IMG/VR virus record: IMGVR_UViG_3300020577_005315 | Location: 29,521-93,520 of that record | Reading direction: 5' to 3' (one strand) | Length of the DNA stretch: 64,000 nt | Source: a virus | Lineage: Duplodnaviria > Caudoviricetes | In this document: in pieces, positions 45,676 to 56,135 of the stretch | How the letters are laid out: the number at the start of each line of letters is the position of its first letter | How positions within the stretch are numbered: the stretch's first letter is position 1 | The notes under the pieces: generated by a model | What the model saw: the letters and a program-made list of their open reading frames with translations, nothing else | Told to the model about the DNA's origin: nothing | The model's database searches: none | Translations under genes and position numbers: made by a program

Positions 45676-46773
45676 ATGAACACCCCACAGGACGTCGACT
45701 ACGTCCTCAATCCGACTCTGCTGTCGCTCATCGAGCGGGCCAACTTCGGCCCCGTTCACGTGATCAACCGCGGCGACCCGATCCAGGGGTATTACGAGAA
45801 GCAGGCCGACGGCACTGAGCGACTAGTGATTCTGGAGCGTGGCGAGTCGTACATCACCGACTGCCCGTTCTGTAACGACAACCGCCAGAGGCTCTCGGTG
45901 AACCACTACTTCGGCGTCAAAGACCCGCGGACCGGGTATTACAATAAGAACCTCTGGAAGTGTTACAACGAGGAGTGTCAGAGCCAGTTCGTCAACCGTC
46001 AGAAGCTGTACGACCTGATCTTCTCGGTCCACGTCGGACCCTCGGCCATGAAGATCCGCCCGCCGCGAGTGGCACCGAAGCGGGCCGTTAAGCTAGAGCC
46101 ATGCGAGTTCCCCGGGATGATGGTTAAGCTCACAGAGCTGGACTACGACCACCCGGCCCGCACCTACCTCGAGACCGACCGGGCGTTCGACCTGGACGAG
46201 TTGGTCGACCTGTGGGAGATCGGGTTCGCCCTCCACATGCCGGCTAGGCAGCGGGGCGCTATGGCTCAAGGCCGTATCATCATCCCGGTGTATCAAGACG
46301 GGGTGATGGTCGGCTGGCAGGCCAGATACGTGGGTGAGGCCGACTGGAAGGCCATCGGCCAGCCGAAGTACCTGACGTACTACCCGAAGAGTCAGGTCGT
46401 GTACGGTCTGGATCGCACCAAGGACTCGCCGTACATCGTCCTGGTCGAGGGGTGTACCGACGTGTGGCGGTTCGGGCCCGGGGCCGTGGCGCAGTTCGGC
46501 CACGACCTGTCGCCGCACCAGGCTGAGTTGGTTTGTAAGGTGATTGGCGACCGGCCCTTCGTGATCATGCCGGACATGGACGATCCGAAGTCGGTCGACT
46601 TCTTTTACAAGAGTGCTGGACGGCTCCGGGAACGCGGGTATAAAGGGGTTACGGCCGTAGCCCCTCTTCCTAAGGGCAAGGACCCGGCCAACCTCACGCG
46701 AGCTAAACTTCACAAGATCGTACAGCAGTCAATCGAAGCAGCTCGTCGACTGGAGCAGGAGCATGTGTCGTAA
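45676..46773 (+). CDS. dnaG: DNA primase (zinc-binding + TOPRIM)
   Basis: CPFC..H..C..C, RIIIPV, GWQAR, PKYL, VEGCTD, PDMD, KDP. Confidence 0.85.
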   Translation: MNTPQDVDYVLNPTLLSLIERANFGPVHVINRGDPIQGYYEKQADGTERLVILERGESYITDCPFCNDNRQRLSVNHYFGVKDPRTGYYNKNLWKCYNEECQSQFVNRQKLYDLIFSVHVGPSAMKIRPPRVAPKRAVKLEPCEFPGMMVKLTELDYDHPARTYLETDRAFDLDELVDLWEIGFALHMPARQRGAMAQGRIIIPVYQDGVMVGWQARYVGEADWKAIGQPKYLTYYPKSQVVYGLDRTKDSPYIVLVEGCTDVWRFGPGAVAQFGHDLSPHQAELVCKVIGDRPFVIMPDMDDPKSVDFFYKSAGRLRERGYKGVTAVAPLPKGKDPANLTRAKLHKIVQQSIEAARRLEQEHVS

Positions 46774-46954
46774 GAAGTTTCGTGACGACGAGGTCGCCGG
46801 GTGCACTGAGTGTGGCCGGCCCAAGCACCCCAAATCCGACCGTTTCTGTATCAAGTGTCTGAAGAACTACAAGCACAAGATCGTCAACTGTTGCAAGAGT
46901 TGCGGGCGCGACACGTACAGCGTCGATTACTGTAGCGAGTGCGTCGGCGAGTAG
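46763..46954 (+). CDS. small double zinc-ribbon protein
   Basis: Four CxxC pairs in 63 aa. Confidence 0.6.
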   Translation: MCRKKFRDDEVAGCTECGRPKHPKSDRFCIKCLKNYKHKIVNCCKSCGRDTYSVDYCSECVGE

Positions 46955-46967
46955 TTTAAGGACGCGT

Positions 46968-49900
46968 ATGCTGAATAAGACGACGCTGGACGTTCAGTCG
47001 GCGACCATCCGAACGCGCATGTTCGGTGGTCAGTCGGCGGACGACATAGTCCGGGACATGCCCATGCTCCCGGTCACCGCCCCGTTCCTGTCGTTCACCG
47101 GCTGGGATGTGGTGCGGCAGGCCGGCCAGCTGGGGGACGAGGTCGAGGCCCCGGACCCGGCCGTGCGGACTACCAAGAAGGTTACGGTCCGGCCCGACGG
47201 TCCGTACCTCACGGCTCTGGTGCGACAGCTGCTGTACTACAACGGCATCTACCTGAGCGTGTACGGGATGCCGACCGACCAGAACCCGGTGCAAATGACG
47301 GCGGGGGTGCACAACTGCGGGACGAACATCGTGTTCGGGCCCAATCCGTCCCGGCTGATGGTGATCGGTAAGAATCTCACCCCGAACGAGCTGGCCACTG
47401 GCAACCCGTTCAGTGGGAAGAGCAGCGTACCGCTGTGGGAGTCGTGGAAGGAGTCGGGGATGCCGGCCCCGTGCCCGGAGCTCCCTGTCTTCTTCACCAA
47501 CCTGGTGCGGTTCGCCCCGCCGCTCCATCTAACCAAGAAGAAGTTCCCGAAAGACTGGATCGCGCTCGGCACCCACCTCCTCCAACAAGAGTTCGCCGCC
47601 TGCCGGCCTGAGGTTGTGTACGTGCTCGGGGCCGACGCCTTGAAAGCCGTACTTGGTCCCAAGGCCAAGGTGGAGGACTACCGCGGCCGGGTGGCGACGT
47701 GGACGGTGGACTGCCGTGCGACGGCGGACGACCCGGCCGACCTTCACACGGCTCACCTGGTCGTAACCGACAGCCCGTCGCGGGCTGCAGCTGAGCCGGA
47801 CATGTACCCGGCGCTACTGCATGGGACCCGGACCGTGGCCAAGCTGCTGGGTTACGGCTCGGCTGCGACCGAAGCCGTGCCGCTCGACCATCGGGCGGTG
47901 TACACCTACGAGGAGTTGGTTCAGGCGGTCAACGAGTCCGTCAAAGCCAGCTCGGCAGGCGGGTACATCTCATTTGACGCCGAGTGGGAGGGCCGACACC
48001 CGTCGTACCCGGACTCGTACTTGTACACCCTCCAGTGGTCGCACGCTCCAGGTCACGCGCGAGTCGTGTTCCTGCGGCGGTGCGGCGGTGCGGTCAACCC
48101 GGCTCTCCCCTTGGACAAGGTCAGGCCGCTACTGAAACGACTGTTCGAGGGCGCACCACGACGTGGAGCCAGGCTGGTCGGCCACTTCGCCAAGTCCGAC
48201 TTGCCGTGGCTCGACTCGATCGGTGTCGACGCGTACTCCAACTTCGTGGCCCCGGACCACGACGACGAGCTTCAGTGCTGGGACAAGACGTACTTCGAGG
48301 GCGGGTTCGACACGTACATAGCGGCCCACGCGACCGAGGAGACGGGGATCCACAAGCTGGAGGTGTTGGCCGCCAGCATTCTCGGCGTTCCCAGGTGGGA
48401 CGCAGACGTGCTTGAGTGGAAGAACACTTACTGCCGCGAGCAGAAGATCTCCAAGTCCAAGTTGAAGGGGTACGGCAACTACCCCGAAGACCGGATCCTG
48501 CCGTACGCCGCGTGGGACTGCGACGCGACCGGCCGCTTGTACCTGTACTACAACGGCGACCCTAAGAAGGGCACCCGTGGGCTGCTCGACAAAGACCGGT
48601 TCGGCAACTCGTCGCGGAAGATCTTCAGCATCCGGATGCGTGCGTGGGGCGCGTGGGCGTCGATGGAGCGGTACGGTATGGAGGTCGACACGACCGTCCA
48701 CCACGAGCTCCGCGAGGTTGTGTCCCAGAAGCGGGACGAGCTGATCGCCCGGCTACGCGAGGAGCTGTGCTGGCAGGAGGTGCTCGACGAGCGGGGCAAG
48801 GTGAAGTATCACGCCTTCACCCCGAGCAAGCGCTCTCACAAGGTGGAGTTCCTGTTCGGCGAGGACTACAACAAGAACTCCGTAAGACCCCCCGGTTCCC
48901 TGTCATTATATCTCACCCCGTACAAGGCCACTAAGGCTCACGACGAGGCGTTGTGGGACAAGGCGCTGTGGCGGTACGAGCAGAACGGGGGCGAGCCGCC
49001 GAGTCCGGCTGTGGACCAGGAGTCGATCACCCACCTGTCCCGACAGCACGATCTGGTCAAGCTTCTGCGTGACATTGAGTTCCTTAGCACCTCAATGAAG
49101 ATCCTCCTCCGTCCGCCCAAGGAACTCGTTGCGGGCAAGGTCGATGAGGACGAAGAGGACTACGATGACGACGCCGCACCCGTGGACGAGAACGACGTCA
49201 TCGAGGTCCACGAGAAGGGGCTGCTGGCCGCAGTAGCTCCCGACGGGCGGGCGCGGTCCATGTTCGGTCTGGCTGAGACGGGGCGGGCCAGGTCCGGCGG
49301 CGGGCTGAACCTGCAGAACATCACCGGGGCCAAGGACGAACAGTTCGACCGGATCCTCAAGTGGGGCAAGTTCGCGGAGAAGGGTACTCCGGAGAGTAAG
49401 CGCAAGTTCGTGTCCAAGTCGGTGTTCAAAGCCCGTCAAGGCTGGTACCTGGTAGACGCCGACTTGAAGGGTGCCGAGATCGCCATCGCCGCTTGGTTCT
49501 CTGGCGACCCACTACTGATCGAGCACGCCAGGCGTAACAACCTGCCCGAGAAGCACCCGGAGTGGCTCGATCTTCACTCCGACCTGGCTAAGGCGGCGTT
49601 CAACCTGAGCTGCTCGCTCCCGGAGATCAAGGAGCACTACAAGCCGCTGCGCGTCGCCGCCAAGCGCTCGCGATTCGGTCACTACTACGGCGCCAGTCCG
49701 GCCACGATCCTCAGGCAGGTGCTTGAAGAAGGTGCTAACGAGGTGACCCTTGAGCAGATCGAGGCGATCGTCGAAGGCCACGACCGGATGTACCCGGTGC
49801 TCGCGCGGTTCTTCGCCGAGTGTCGGGCCAGGGCCAAGTCGCCGGGGTGGTTGGCCAACTGCTTCGGGAGCCACCGCCGGTTCCGGCGGTCGACCGAGGA

Positions 49901-50303
49901 GAAGATCACCGAAGCCCAGGGTCGTGAGGCTCAGAACTGGTCGTGTCAGGGTCTGGTGGCGGACGCGATGAACACAGGCATCGGCAACTTGTGGTACGCG
50001 ATCCATAAGCTGCAACTCCGCAGTCGCATCCTACTGTCTGTACACGACTCGATCGTCGTCGAGTCGCCCCCTGACGAGGTCGAACTGTTCGCCGACGACG
50101 AGAACGGGCTGATCGCAAAGTGCTTCTCGAAGGACGTGGCGATCGTGCCCACCGACCTGGACGGTAAGCCGATCACGACCCGCGGTCCGTACCACTTTGG
50201 CGTGTCGATCGACGTGTTCCGCAGCTGGGGCGTCCCTGTCTCCCGGGAGGAGTGGCAGACGCACGCCGCGGCGGAAAAATCTAAGGTTACTACTGGACGC
50301 TGA
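46968..50303 (+). CDS. polA: family A DNA polymerase with N-terminal uracil-DNA-glycosylase-like domain (SPO1-type architecture)
   Basis: UDG-like LMVIG..NPFSG..FTNLVR..RPEVVYVLGADA; exonuclease SFDAE, HFAKSD, YAAWD; polymerase TGR, NLQNI, DADLKGAE, RVAAKRSRFGHYYG, VHDS. Confidence 0.9.
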   Translation: MLNKTTLDVQSATIRTRMFGGQSADDIVRDMPMLPVTAPFLSFTGWDVVRQAGQLGDEVEAPDPAVRTTKKVTVRPDGPYLTALVRQLLYYNGIYLSVYGMPTDQNPVQMTAGVHNCGTNIVFGPNPSRLMVIGKNLTPNELATGNPFSGKSSVPLWESWKESGMPAPCPELPVFFTNLVRFAPPLHLTKKKFPKDWIALGTHLLQQEFAACRPEVVYVLGADALKAVLGPKAKVEDYRGRVATWTVDCRATADDPADLHTAHLVVTDSPSRAAAEPDMYPALLHGTRTVAKLLGYGSAATEAVPLDHRAVYTYEELVQAVNESVKASSAGGYISFDAEWEGRHPSYPDSYLYTLQWSHAPGHARVVFLRRCGGAVNPALPLDKVRPLLKRLFEGAPRRGARLVGHFAKSDLPWLDSIGVDAYSNFVAPDHDDELQCWDKTYFEGGFDTYIAAHATEETGIHKLEVLAASILGVPRWDADVLEWKNTYCREQKISKSKLKGYGNYPEDRILPYAAWDCDATGRLYLYYNGDPKKGTRGLLDKDRFGNSSRKIFSIRMRAWGAWASMERYGMEVDTTVHHELREVVSQKRDELIARLREELCWQEVLDERGKVKYHAFTPSKRSHKVEFLFGEDYNKNSVRPPGSLSLYLTPYKATKAHDEALWDKALWRYEQNGGEPPSPAVDQESITHLSRQHDLVKLLRDIEFLSTSMKILLRPPKELVAGKVDEDEEDYDDDAAPVDENDVIEVHEKGLLAAVAPDGRARSMFGLAETGRARSGGGLNLQNITGAKDEQFDRILKWGKFAEKGTPESKRKFVSKSVFKARQGWYLVDADLKGAEIAIAAWFSGDPLLIEHARRNNLPEKHPEWLDLHSDLAKAAFNLSCSLPEIKEHYKPLRVAAKRSRFGHYYGASPATILRQVLEEGANEVTLEQIEAIVEGHDRMYPVLARFFAECRARAKSPGWLANCFGSHRRFRRSTEEKITEAQGREAQNWSCQGLVADAMNTGIGNLWYAIHKLQLRSRILLSVHDSIVVESPPDEVELFADDENGLIAKCFSKDVAIVPTDLDGKPITTRGPYHFGVSIDVFRSWGVPVSREEWQTHAAAEKSKVTTGR

Positions 50304-50390
50304 GCTCCCTAGCTAATAGAATGGCGTAACGTAAATTACTACAGCTTGCATTAGCTAAAACCGAGTTCCAGTTTCCCGCAGAGGCAGACA

Positions 50391-51713
50391 ATGTCGTTGT
50401 TTGGCAAGAAGAAGACGTACAACTTCAACACCGATTTCCTCCCCGGCAAGGACAAGAAGTTCGAGCACCTCTCCTACATCATGCAGAAGCCCGGGGCGGT
50501 CAACGCCCGCATGGTGCTGCAGAAGGGCGGCGCTACGATCGTCCCGCTCCCGTACCCCGTCTTCGACGAGAGCGTGACCCCCAACCGGCCGACTGGTGAG
50601 GTCGAACCTGACCGCAACAACGAGGAGGAGTCCCGCGACTACGGGCAGTGGCTCTTCTCGGCCGAGGGCGTGCTCAAATTCGGCAAGACCCAGGTCACCC
50701 TCCTGTTCGACAACCCCGAGGGCATGTTGAAGCTGGATCACCCGATCCACGCGATCAACCACGCTGTCTCGCAGGTCATCATGAACAAGACCGTCGTCGA
50801 GACGCCCTTCGGGTCGTCCGAGTCTGACGGCTGGGTTACGTTGGCGAAGGGCGACGGCGGCAAGGTTTACGGGTGCCTCCCCCGGCCCGAGAACCTGCTC
50901 CTGTGCTACGCAGCCATCTACAAGCTGGGCGAGGAGGACTTCGGGTCGGCGGCTCTGGGCACCGCGGCCGAGGACCCGCCGTACGTCTTCGTGATGAGCC
51001 GGTCTACGGGGCTTCAGTTCCTGACCGCCCTGGACGAACACCGGGATGTGACCGGGTCGGCGGTGTGCCACTTCTACGACCGCAAGGCGAACGTGTGTCA
51101 GGCCCGGTCGAACGCCGAGCGGGCCAAGAATGACACCAGCAAGTTCGGCGGCCGGCGGTCGGTCCCGATGCAGGGTCCGGCGTCGGAGAAGACGGCTGGC
51201 TACGACGTGTACGTCAGTGAAACGATCGACGGCATGCCGACGTCCTACCGACCGTCGCAGCACCGCGCTCAGTTCAACCGGCTGGCGCGGGAGAAGGTCA
51301 AGCCCTGGTCCGAGGTGCTCAAGGGTCATACGCCGGACGAGTGCGCCTCGGTCGTCGCCAAGGTGTGCGGCCTGCCGATGTCGCTCCTCTACCACGCCTG
51401 GAGCAACCACCCCGAGTGGTACCCGCCCCAGCTCCAGGAGCGGCTCCGCAACCCGCGGACGGTGACCATGAACCCGCCCGCCAACCGCGGTCGCACCAGC
51501 ATGCTCGACGCCCCGCCGCCTACGCGTTACCAGGCGCCGCCCGAGGCGACGAAGTCGGACGACGACTTCCCGGTGCCCACCTCGACCGAGTCGTTCGACG
51601 ACCACCCTGACCAAGGGTATGAGGGCGGCGACGAGGGCGTCGACCAGGCCGAGTACGAGGCCGCCAACCGCAAGTTCCGCGAAGCCGCCGCTCAGCGTAA
51701 TCGCCCCCAGTAA
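50391..51713 (+). CDS. putative single-stranded DNA-binding / replication accessory protein
   Basis: Lies between polA and recA-like genes, acidic low-complexity C-terminal region, strong codon bias. Confidence 0.4.
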   Translation: MSLFGKKKTYNFNTDFLPGKDKKFEHLSYIMQKPGAVNARMVLQKGGATIVPLPYPVFDESVTPNRPTGEVEPDRNNEEESRDYGQWLFSAEGVLKFGKTQVTLLFDNPEGMLKLDHPIHAINHAVSQVIMNKTVVETPFGSSESDGWVTLAKGDGGKVYGCLPRPENLLLCYAAIYKLGEEDFGSAALGTAAEDPPYVFVMSRSTGLQFLTALDEHRDVTGSAVCHFYDRKANVCQARSNAERAKNDTSKFGGRRSVPMQGPASEKTAGYDVYVSETIDGMPTSYRPSQHRAQFNRLAREKVKPWSEVLKGHTPDECASVVAKVCGLPMSLLYHAWSNHPEWYPPQLQERLRNPRTVTMNPPANRGRTSMLDAPPPTRYQAPPEATKSDDDFPVPTSTESFDDHPDQGYEGGDEGVDQAEYEAANRKFREAAAQRNRPQ

Positions 51714-51736
51714 CGGGCGATTCAGCAAACCCATCG

Positions 51737-51771
51737 ACGACGCCTACCCCAATAAGGTGGGCGTCGTTTTT
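51737..51771 (+). terminator. intrinsic terminator
   Basis: ACGACGCCTACC-loop-GGTGGGCGTCGT-TTTT. Confidence 0.75.
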
Positions 51772-51782
51772 CGTCGCAATTA
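51753..51782 (+). promoter_or_regulatory. candidate phage-sigma promoter TAAG-N15-CGTCGCAATTA
   Basis: Near match to the recurring motif; overlaps the terminator; upstream of the recA-like gene. Confidence 0.45.
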
Positions 51783-51804
51783 ACGCATCAGCACAGCAGG
51801 ATTT

Positions 51805-53154
51805 ATGGCACGTAAGCGACAAGCGGCGGTGGACGACACGGACGCGATTCTGTCCTTTCTGGGCGAGCAGGCGCGCAAGCGGGCCCTGACCCACGGGTAC
51901 GACACAGCCCGTGAGATCATCGCGGCCGACATCGGCATCCGCCTGCCGTACCTTTGTCACCGATACATGCTGCAGCGGAACACCTACCCGCTGGAGCGTG
52001 TCACTCTGGTCTTTGGGCCGCCGAAGTCTAACAAGTCGGCGTTCATGTTCTGGCTGTTCGACCTGTTCACCAACCCGCGGTACGGCACGATCAAGTACGG
52101 CCGTTACTTCCACATGGAGACGGAGGGCAAGGACACCGCCGAGATGCGGTTCGCCCTGACCGGGTACCGGGACGAGGTCGGCGACTCGTTCGCGTGCTCG
52201 TCTATGGACCAATTTCAGACCCAGACGAAGGAAACCGTTGAGTGGTACAAGGACGTCATCGTCAAGAACGAGAAGGTCGGCAGCCGGCTCCCACTGATCA
52301 TGGGCATCGACAGCCTCACCGCGTCAATGACCGGTGACGCCCAGAACGTGATGGCTAAGAACGACGGCGTGGCCGGCCGCCGGTTCGCCGACGAGGCGCG
52401 ATCCCTGTCTGACTGGTTCAAGGTCGTGCCGGGGTACCTCCAGGGTTACCCGCTGTCCCTGGTCGGCATCACGCACGACAAGCCAGTCAAAGACCCGCGG
52501 ACCGGCATCGTCACCCACCGGGCCCCCGGCGGCGAGTCACCCACCTACGCCGCGACCTACAAGATCCTGATGCAGAAGGTGGCCGGCATCCCGCAGGGCA
52601 AGTCGGGCTGGGCCGGCAACCGCATCAAGTTCAGCCTCCACGCCAGTGCGCTCGGCGTCGACAAACTCGGGTTCGAGGCCGAGATCGGGTTCCGTAAGGC
52701 ACTACGCAAGAACGCCGACGGCGAGAGCATTCTCGTGCAGGAGGCCGGCTGGAACTGGCACAAGGCCAGTATCGAGCTTCTGGCCAACCTGGGTAGCCAG
52801 GTGAAGAACTGCGGCGCCCGGAACGAGGCCGTCAAGGACATCCTGGGCCCGATCTCCAAGCAGACCGGCGGCAAGTTCTCCTGCGTCAAACTCGGTGTCA
52901 GCCCGTCCGAGGCGATGCCGGCCACCCAGCTCGGTGAGATCCTCGAGTCCCGGGTCGACATCCTCAGCCAGCTCGAGCCGGCCCTTGGCATCACCTACGG
53001 CCGCGTGTTCGACCAGTCGATGGAGTACGTAGATCAGGTGGCGCTGGCGAAGAAGGAGTCGCACAAACTGACCCCGATCGCCGAAGTCGAAACCGCCGAC
53101 TCTGTCGTGGACGACACGTCCACCCCCAACGAATCGGCCTCCGAGGAGGAGTAA
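51805..53154 (+). CDS. RecA/UvsX-like recombinase
   Basis: YPLERVTLVFGPPKSNKS (Walker A variant), METEG, MGIDSL, APGG...YAA. Confidence 0.78.
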   Translation: MARKRQAAVDDTDAILSFLGEQARKRALTHGYDTAREIIAADIGIRLPYLCHRYMLQRNTYPLERVTLVFGPPKSNKSAFMFWLFDLFTNPRYGTIKYGRYFHMETEGKDTAEMRFALTGYRDEVGDSFACSSMDQFQTQTKETVEWYKDVIVKNEKVGSRLPLIMGIDSLTASMTGDAQNVMAKNDGVAGRRFADEARSLSDWFKVVPGYLQGYPLSLVGITHDKPVKDPRTGIVTHRAPGGESPTYAATYKILMQKVAGIPQGKSGWAGNRIKFSLHASALGVDKLGFEAEIGFRKALRKNADGESILVQEAGWNWHKASIELLANLGSQVKNCGARNEAVKDILGPISKQTGGKFSCVKLGVSPSEAMPATQLGEILESRVDILSQLEPALGITYGRVFDQSMEYVDQVALAKKESHKLTPIAEVETADSVVDDTSTPNESASEEE

Positions 53155-53729
53155 TGGACGATGACGTGCCGGAGATCCCCCGGCGAAAGTTCAACCAGGC
53201 CGACTACAAGCTCCGTGAGACTCGACGCCTGGAGGACCGGATTAGTCGCAAGCTCTGTGACCTGTACGCGATCAACTACTACGAGGTCCGTAAGCAGCAT
53301 GGAGACGGAGACGTACTTACGCTGGCGGGCGTCTCGCAAGCTACTGGGTCACGGCCCCTGACGCTGCTGACGCCCGCGCCGGACCAGATGCTGAAGTTGT
53401 TTACCAACTTCGAGCAGTCGAACCTGTACGTCGCTTACCGCGAGGCGGCCGACCTGTTCCCTAGGCGTGACCGGCTGAACCTGTGCGGCGTGTTTAAGTG
53501 GGTCGGCTGGCCGTACATGACGATCGGACTGATCAGCCACGACTACTACCTGGACCCGTACCGATCGTGCGGCAACTATGAGTGTACGTGCCTTAGTCAT
53601 GAGCCGACGGACTCGTTCTTCAGCAGTTGTTCGACCAACGTGCCACAGATGCTGTTCCCGTACAGGAAGGACTGCGACTACCTGTATCGACTCGTGCCTC
53701 TGGACCGGGGGTACCGGGACCTACACTGA
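53154..53729 (+). CDS. hypothetical protein
   Basis: 191 aa, TAATG-coupled to the recA-like gene. Confidence 0.6.
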   Translation: MDDDVPEIPRRKFNQADYKLRETRRLEDRISRKLCDLYAINYYEVRKQHGDGDVLTLAGVSQATGSRPLTLLTPAPDQMLKLFTNFEQSNLYVAYREAADLFPRRDRLNLCGVFKWVGWPYMTIGLISHDYYLDPYRSCGNYECTCLSHEPTDSFFSSCSTNVPQMLFPYRKDCDYLYRLVPLDRGYRDLH

Positions 53730-53756
53730 ATTTCCCTCGGATTCTCGTCATAATTA
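53727..53756 (+). promoter_or_regulatory. candidate phage-sigma promoter TGAA-N15-CGTCATAATTA
   Basis: Recurring fixed-spacing motif. Confidence 0.6.
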
Positions 53757-53771
53757 GATACGAGGTATGCC

Positions 53772-54536
53772 ATGTCGGCGTTAGCCGCCGCCCGTACTAT
53801 CCAGGTCACGGATGAGCTGCAGTCCGAGATCAAGGAGTTGACGGCGGAGATCAACGCGGACGAAGCGTCCGCGATCGACTCCATGTACAAGATCGGCTTG
53901 CGGCTGTTGGGTATCGTCACCGACCGGACGGGTCGGTACGGCGCCAACCCGCACGCCGCTCTCAAGAAGCTCCTTCCCCTGTCGAGGGACGGCATCCGGC
54001 CTTACCTGAAGTTGGCGCAGGCGTTCGACCCACAAGAGATTGAACGCCTCAAGTCGTACTCCAACCCGGAGACCGGCGAGCGTCTTAACCGCTCTCACGT
54101 CGTCGCTCTTACCCGTGTGTCAAATGACAAAGCACGGGTGTGGGAGTTGGCGGAGTGGGCGGTCGGCGGCGGTAAGTCTACGAAGTCGTTGGTGAAGGAG
54201 GTGATCACCCGGGCCGGAGGGCCCAAGAGCCAGGGTGGGCGGAAGCCCAAGAAGTCGACGTCCGCGTCCGAGTGCGTTGATGACGTTTTAGCGCGTACGA
54301 AAACGTACGAAAACGCCGCCCGGCAGAGCTGGCTGGGCGACGGCGGACTCCTCGACCTCTACCAACGGGACCTCCGGCAGAACAGCTGGCGGCCGACCCG
54401 CGAGTTCGTCGCCCGCGTCAACCAGGCGCGGGCGCAGGTCGAGGCTTTGGCTCTGGTGAACGCCGCGCTGATGCGCGACCTGTCTGCTCTGGCGGCCAGG
54501 GCCGACGCACAGCTGCGTCCGAAGTCCATTCTCTAG
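53772..54536 (+). CDS. hypothetical basic helical protein (possibly DNA-binding)
   Basis: 254 aa, SD GAGGT. Confidence 0.65.
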   Translation: MSALAAARTIQVTDELQSEIKELTAEINADEASAIDSMYKIGLRLLGIVTDRTGRYGANPHAALKKLLPLSRDGIRPYLKLAQAFDPQEIERLKSYSNPETGERLNRSHVVALTRVSNDKARVWELAEWAVGGGKSTKSLVKEVITRAGGPKSQGGRKPKKSTSASECVDDVLARTKTYENAARQSWLGDGGLLDLYQRDLRQNSWRPTREFVARVNQARAQVEALALVNAALMRDLSALAARADAQLRPKSIL

Positions 54537-54549
54537 CCGCGAGGAGGAG

Positions 54550-55449
54550 ATGAACAACCCGTTCGCCTCCACGGCGAAGAGACGGGACAGGGTATTTAAG
54601 GAGATAAGCGACGAGTTGCGGTTCACCGCCAAGGTCATCTGGGACGCCAACTTAGTCTCGCAGGTGGTCGCTCGTCTGCTGAAGGTCCTCCCGAAAGGCT
54701 GTCGGTACGACGCCGTCCACCGTTCTCTGGCGACACTGCTGGGGACGGCGGTGAGAGACGACGTCAACCGACAGTTAGCCTGGGCGGTGGCGGCCAACTA
54801 CAAGACGCTGCGTAGCGGCGGACTTGTGTGGCCGCCCACCCTTCCCGGTGAGAAGACCAGGGTCACACTGACCGTGACCGCGGCGCGCAAGCTCCCGCGG
54901 CGGTCGACCGACAAGCCTGGGCCTGGGTTTCGGGTGCAATACCGTCTCCGTGTGGTTGAAGGGCCGTACGCGCCGCGCGAACTGGACGTGGTCTGGTCGT
55001 CGCGGCTCGTTCGGTATTTAGCGTTGAAGACTGGGGGGTTGGGCTTCACCAGCGCCATGCTCGACGCTCGTCGGCCTGGCGCGAAGTTGTACCAACACTG
55101 GTCGACTCTGGTCGGTATGTTCCTACATGCCGACCTGTCTGCTGCGGATGGTAGGCCGAAGCTGGACGACCCGAGGTGTAGCAGTCGTTTGCAGGAGTTC
55201 AACCGCGGGTTGACCGACATGCGGTGGCGGGTCGGGTATGTGTGCCCGTTCGAGTACGCCCACCCGTGCCACGAGTGTGAGAAGGGACAGGACGCCTGTC
55301 CCGCAGCGTGTAGACCGGTCACGCTGCGAACAGAGTACTGTCCCGCGTGTAGGCGGGACGTCAGGTTCGACCCCGCGTGGGCCGGCGGCGTGTGTACGTC
55401 GTGCGGCTCCCAGGCGGCTCGATCTGGCCTACGTCGGCCGTTGCTGTGA
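54550..55449 (+). CDS. hypothetical protein with C-terminal Cys-rich zinc fingers
   Basis: SD GAGGAG; CP..CHEC..CPAAC..CPAC..CTSC. Confidence 0.65.
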   Translation: MNNPFASTAKRRDRVFKEISDELRFTAKVIWDANLVSQVVARLLKVLPKGCRYDAVHRSLATLLGTAVRDDVNRQLAWAVAANYKTLRSGGLVWPPTLPGEKTRVTLTVTAARKLPRRSTDKPGPGFRVQYRLRVVEGPYAPRELDVVWSSRLVRYLALKTGGLGFTSAMLDARRPGAKLYQHWSTLVGMFLHADLSAADGRPKLDDPRCSSRLQEFNRGLTDMRWRVGYVCPFEYAHPCHECEKGQDACPAACRPVTLRTEYCPACRRDVRFDPAWAGGVCTSCGSQAARSGLRRPLL

Positions 55450-55491
55450 TGGCTGGCGTTACTAAACTTTTACCAAAACGATGGAGCGATT

Positions 55492-56100
55492 ATGCCCCCG
55501 GCTCTGCCCGACGTTCACCCGATTTCCCGCATGCGGTTCAAGCGGATCGACGCTACGCCGGACGACCCGAAGGTGGACCCCGACTACCAGACCCTGATCC
55601 ACGTCGGCCCCGGCGCGTACCGGCACGACCAGCTGTTCCGGTACTTCCACTTCGCCTGGAACGTCTGGCGTGGTGAGATCAAGTGGTCCCAGGAGCTCGA
55701 GTTCTGGCTGCCGTGGCATGACCCGTCGAAGACCGACGGCAGCCTCCTGACGTGCAAGGGCTGGGTCGGCCAGGACCCGAAGGCGTACCCGCCGTACGTC
55801 ACCGGCAAGACCAGCACCAAGGACTGGGACGCGTGCGGCATCGGGTACGTGGCCCAGCTCGGCTGGCCGGACCTGACCAACGACCAGCAGTTCGACCACA
55901 GCTACCTGTGGGACTTCGAGTACGACCACAAGGAGCTGCGGATCGGGATCTCCAAGTGGAACTCCAAGAACCTGGAGATCCCCGGCTGGACCTTCCCCGT
56001 CCAGCCGTACGAGCGGGCCAAGGAGGAAATCCTGTCGCGGTGGAACCTCCACTACCTGGAGATGACCAACCGCCGGTTGGCGAAGGAGGCGGCCCAGTAA
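55492..56100 (+). CDS. hypothetical Trp-rich protein
   Basis: 202 aa, strong GC3 bias, SD GGAG. Confidence 0.7.
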   Translation: MPPALPDVHPISRMRFKRIDATPDDPKVDPDYQTLIHVGPGAYRHDQLFRYFHFAWNVWRGEIKWSQELEFWLPWHDPSKTDGSLLTCKGWVGQDPKAYPPYVTGKTSTKDWDACGIGYVAQLGWPDLTNDQQFDHSYLWDFEYDHKELRIGISKWNSKNLEIPGWTFPVQPYERAKEEILSRWNLHYLEMTNRRLAKEAAQ

Positions 56101-56105
56101 CCCGG

Positions 56106-56134
56106 TTGACGACCGGCCTGACTCGGGCTAACAT
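56106..56134 (+). promoter_or_regulatory. sigma70-like promoter
   Basis: TTGACG-N17-TAACAT (same -10 hexamer as at 31540). Confidence 0.5.
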
Positions 56135-56135
56135 G

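Noticed and set aside
50304-50390. AT-rich gap before the SSB-like gene as another TAAA-N15-CGTC site
   Set aside because: It contains CGTAAATTA but lacks the upstream element at the 15-nt spacing; probably a promoter, type unassigned.
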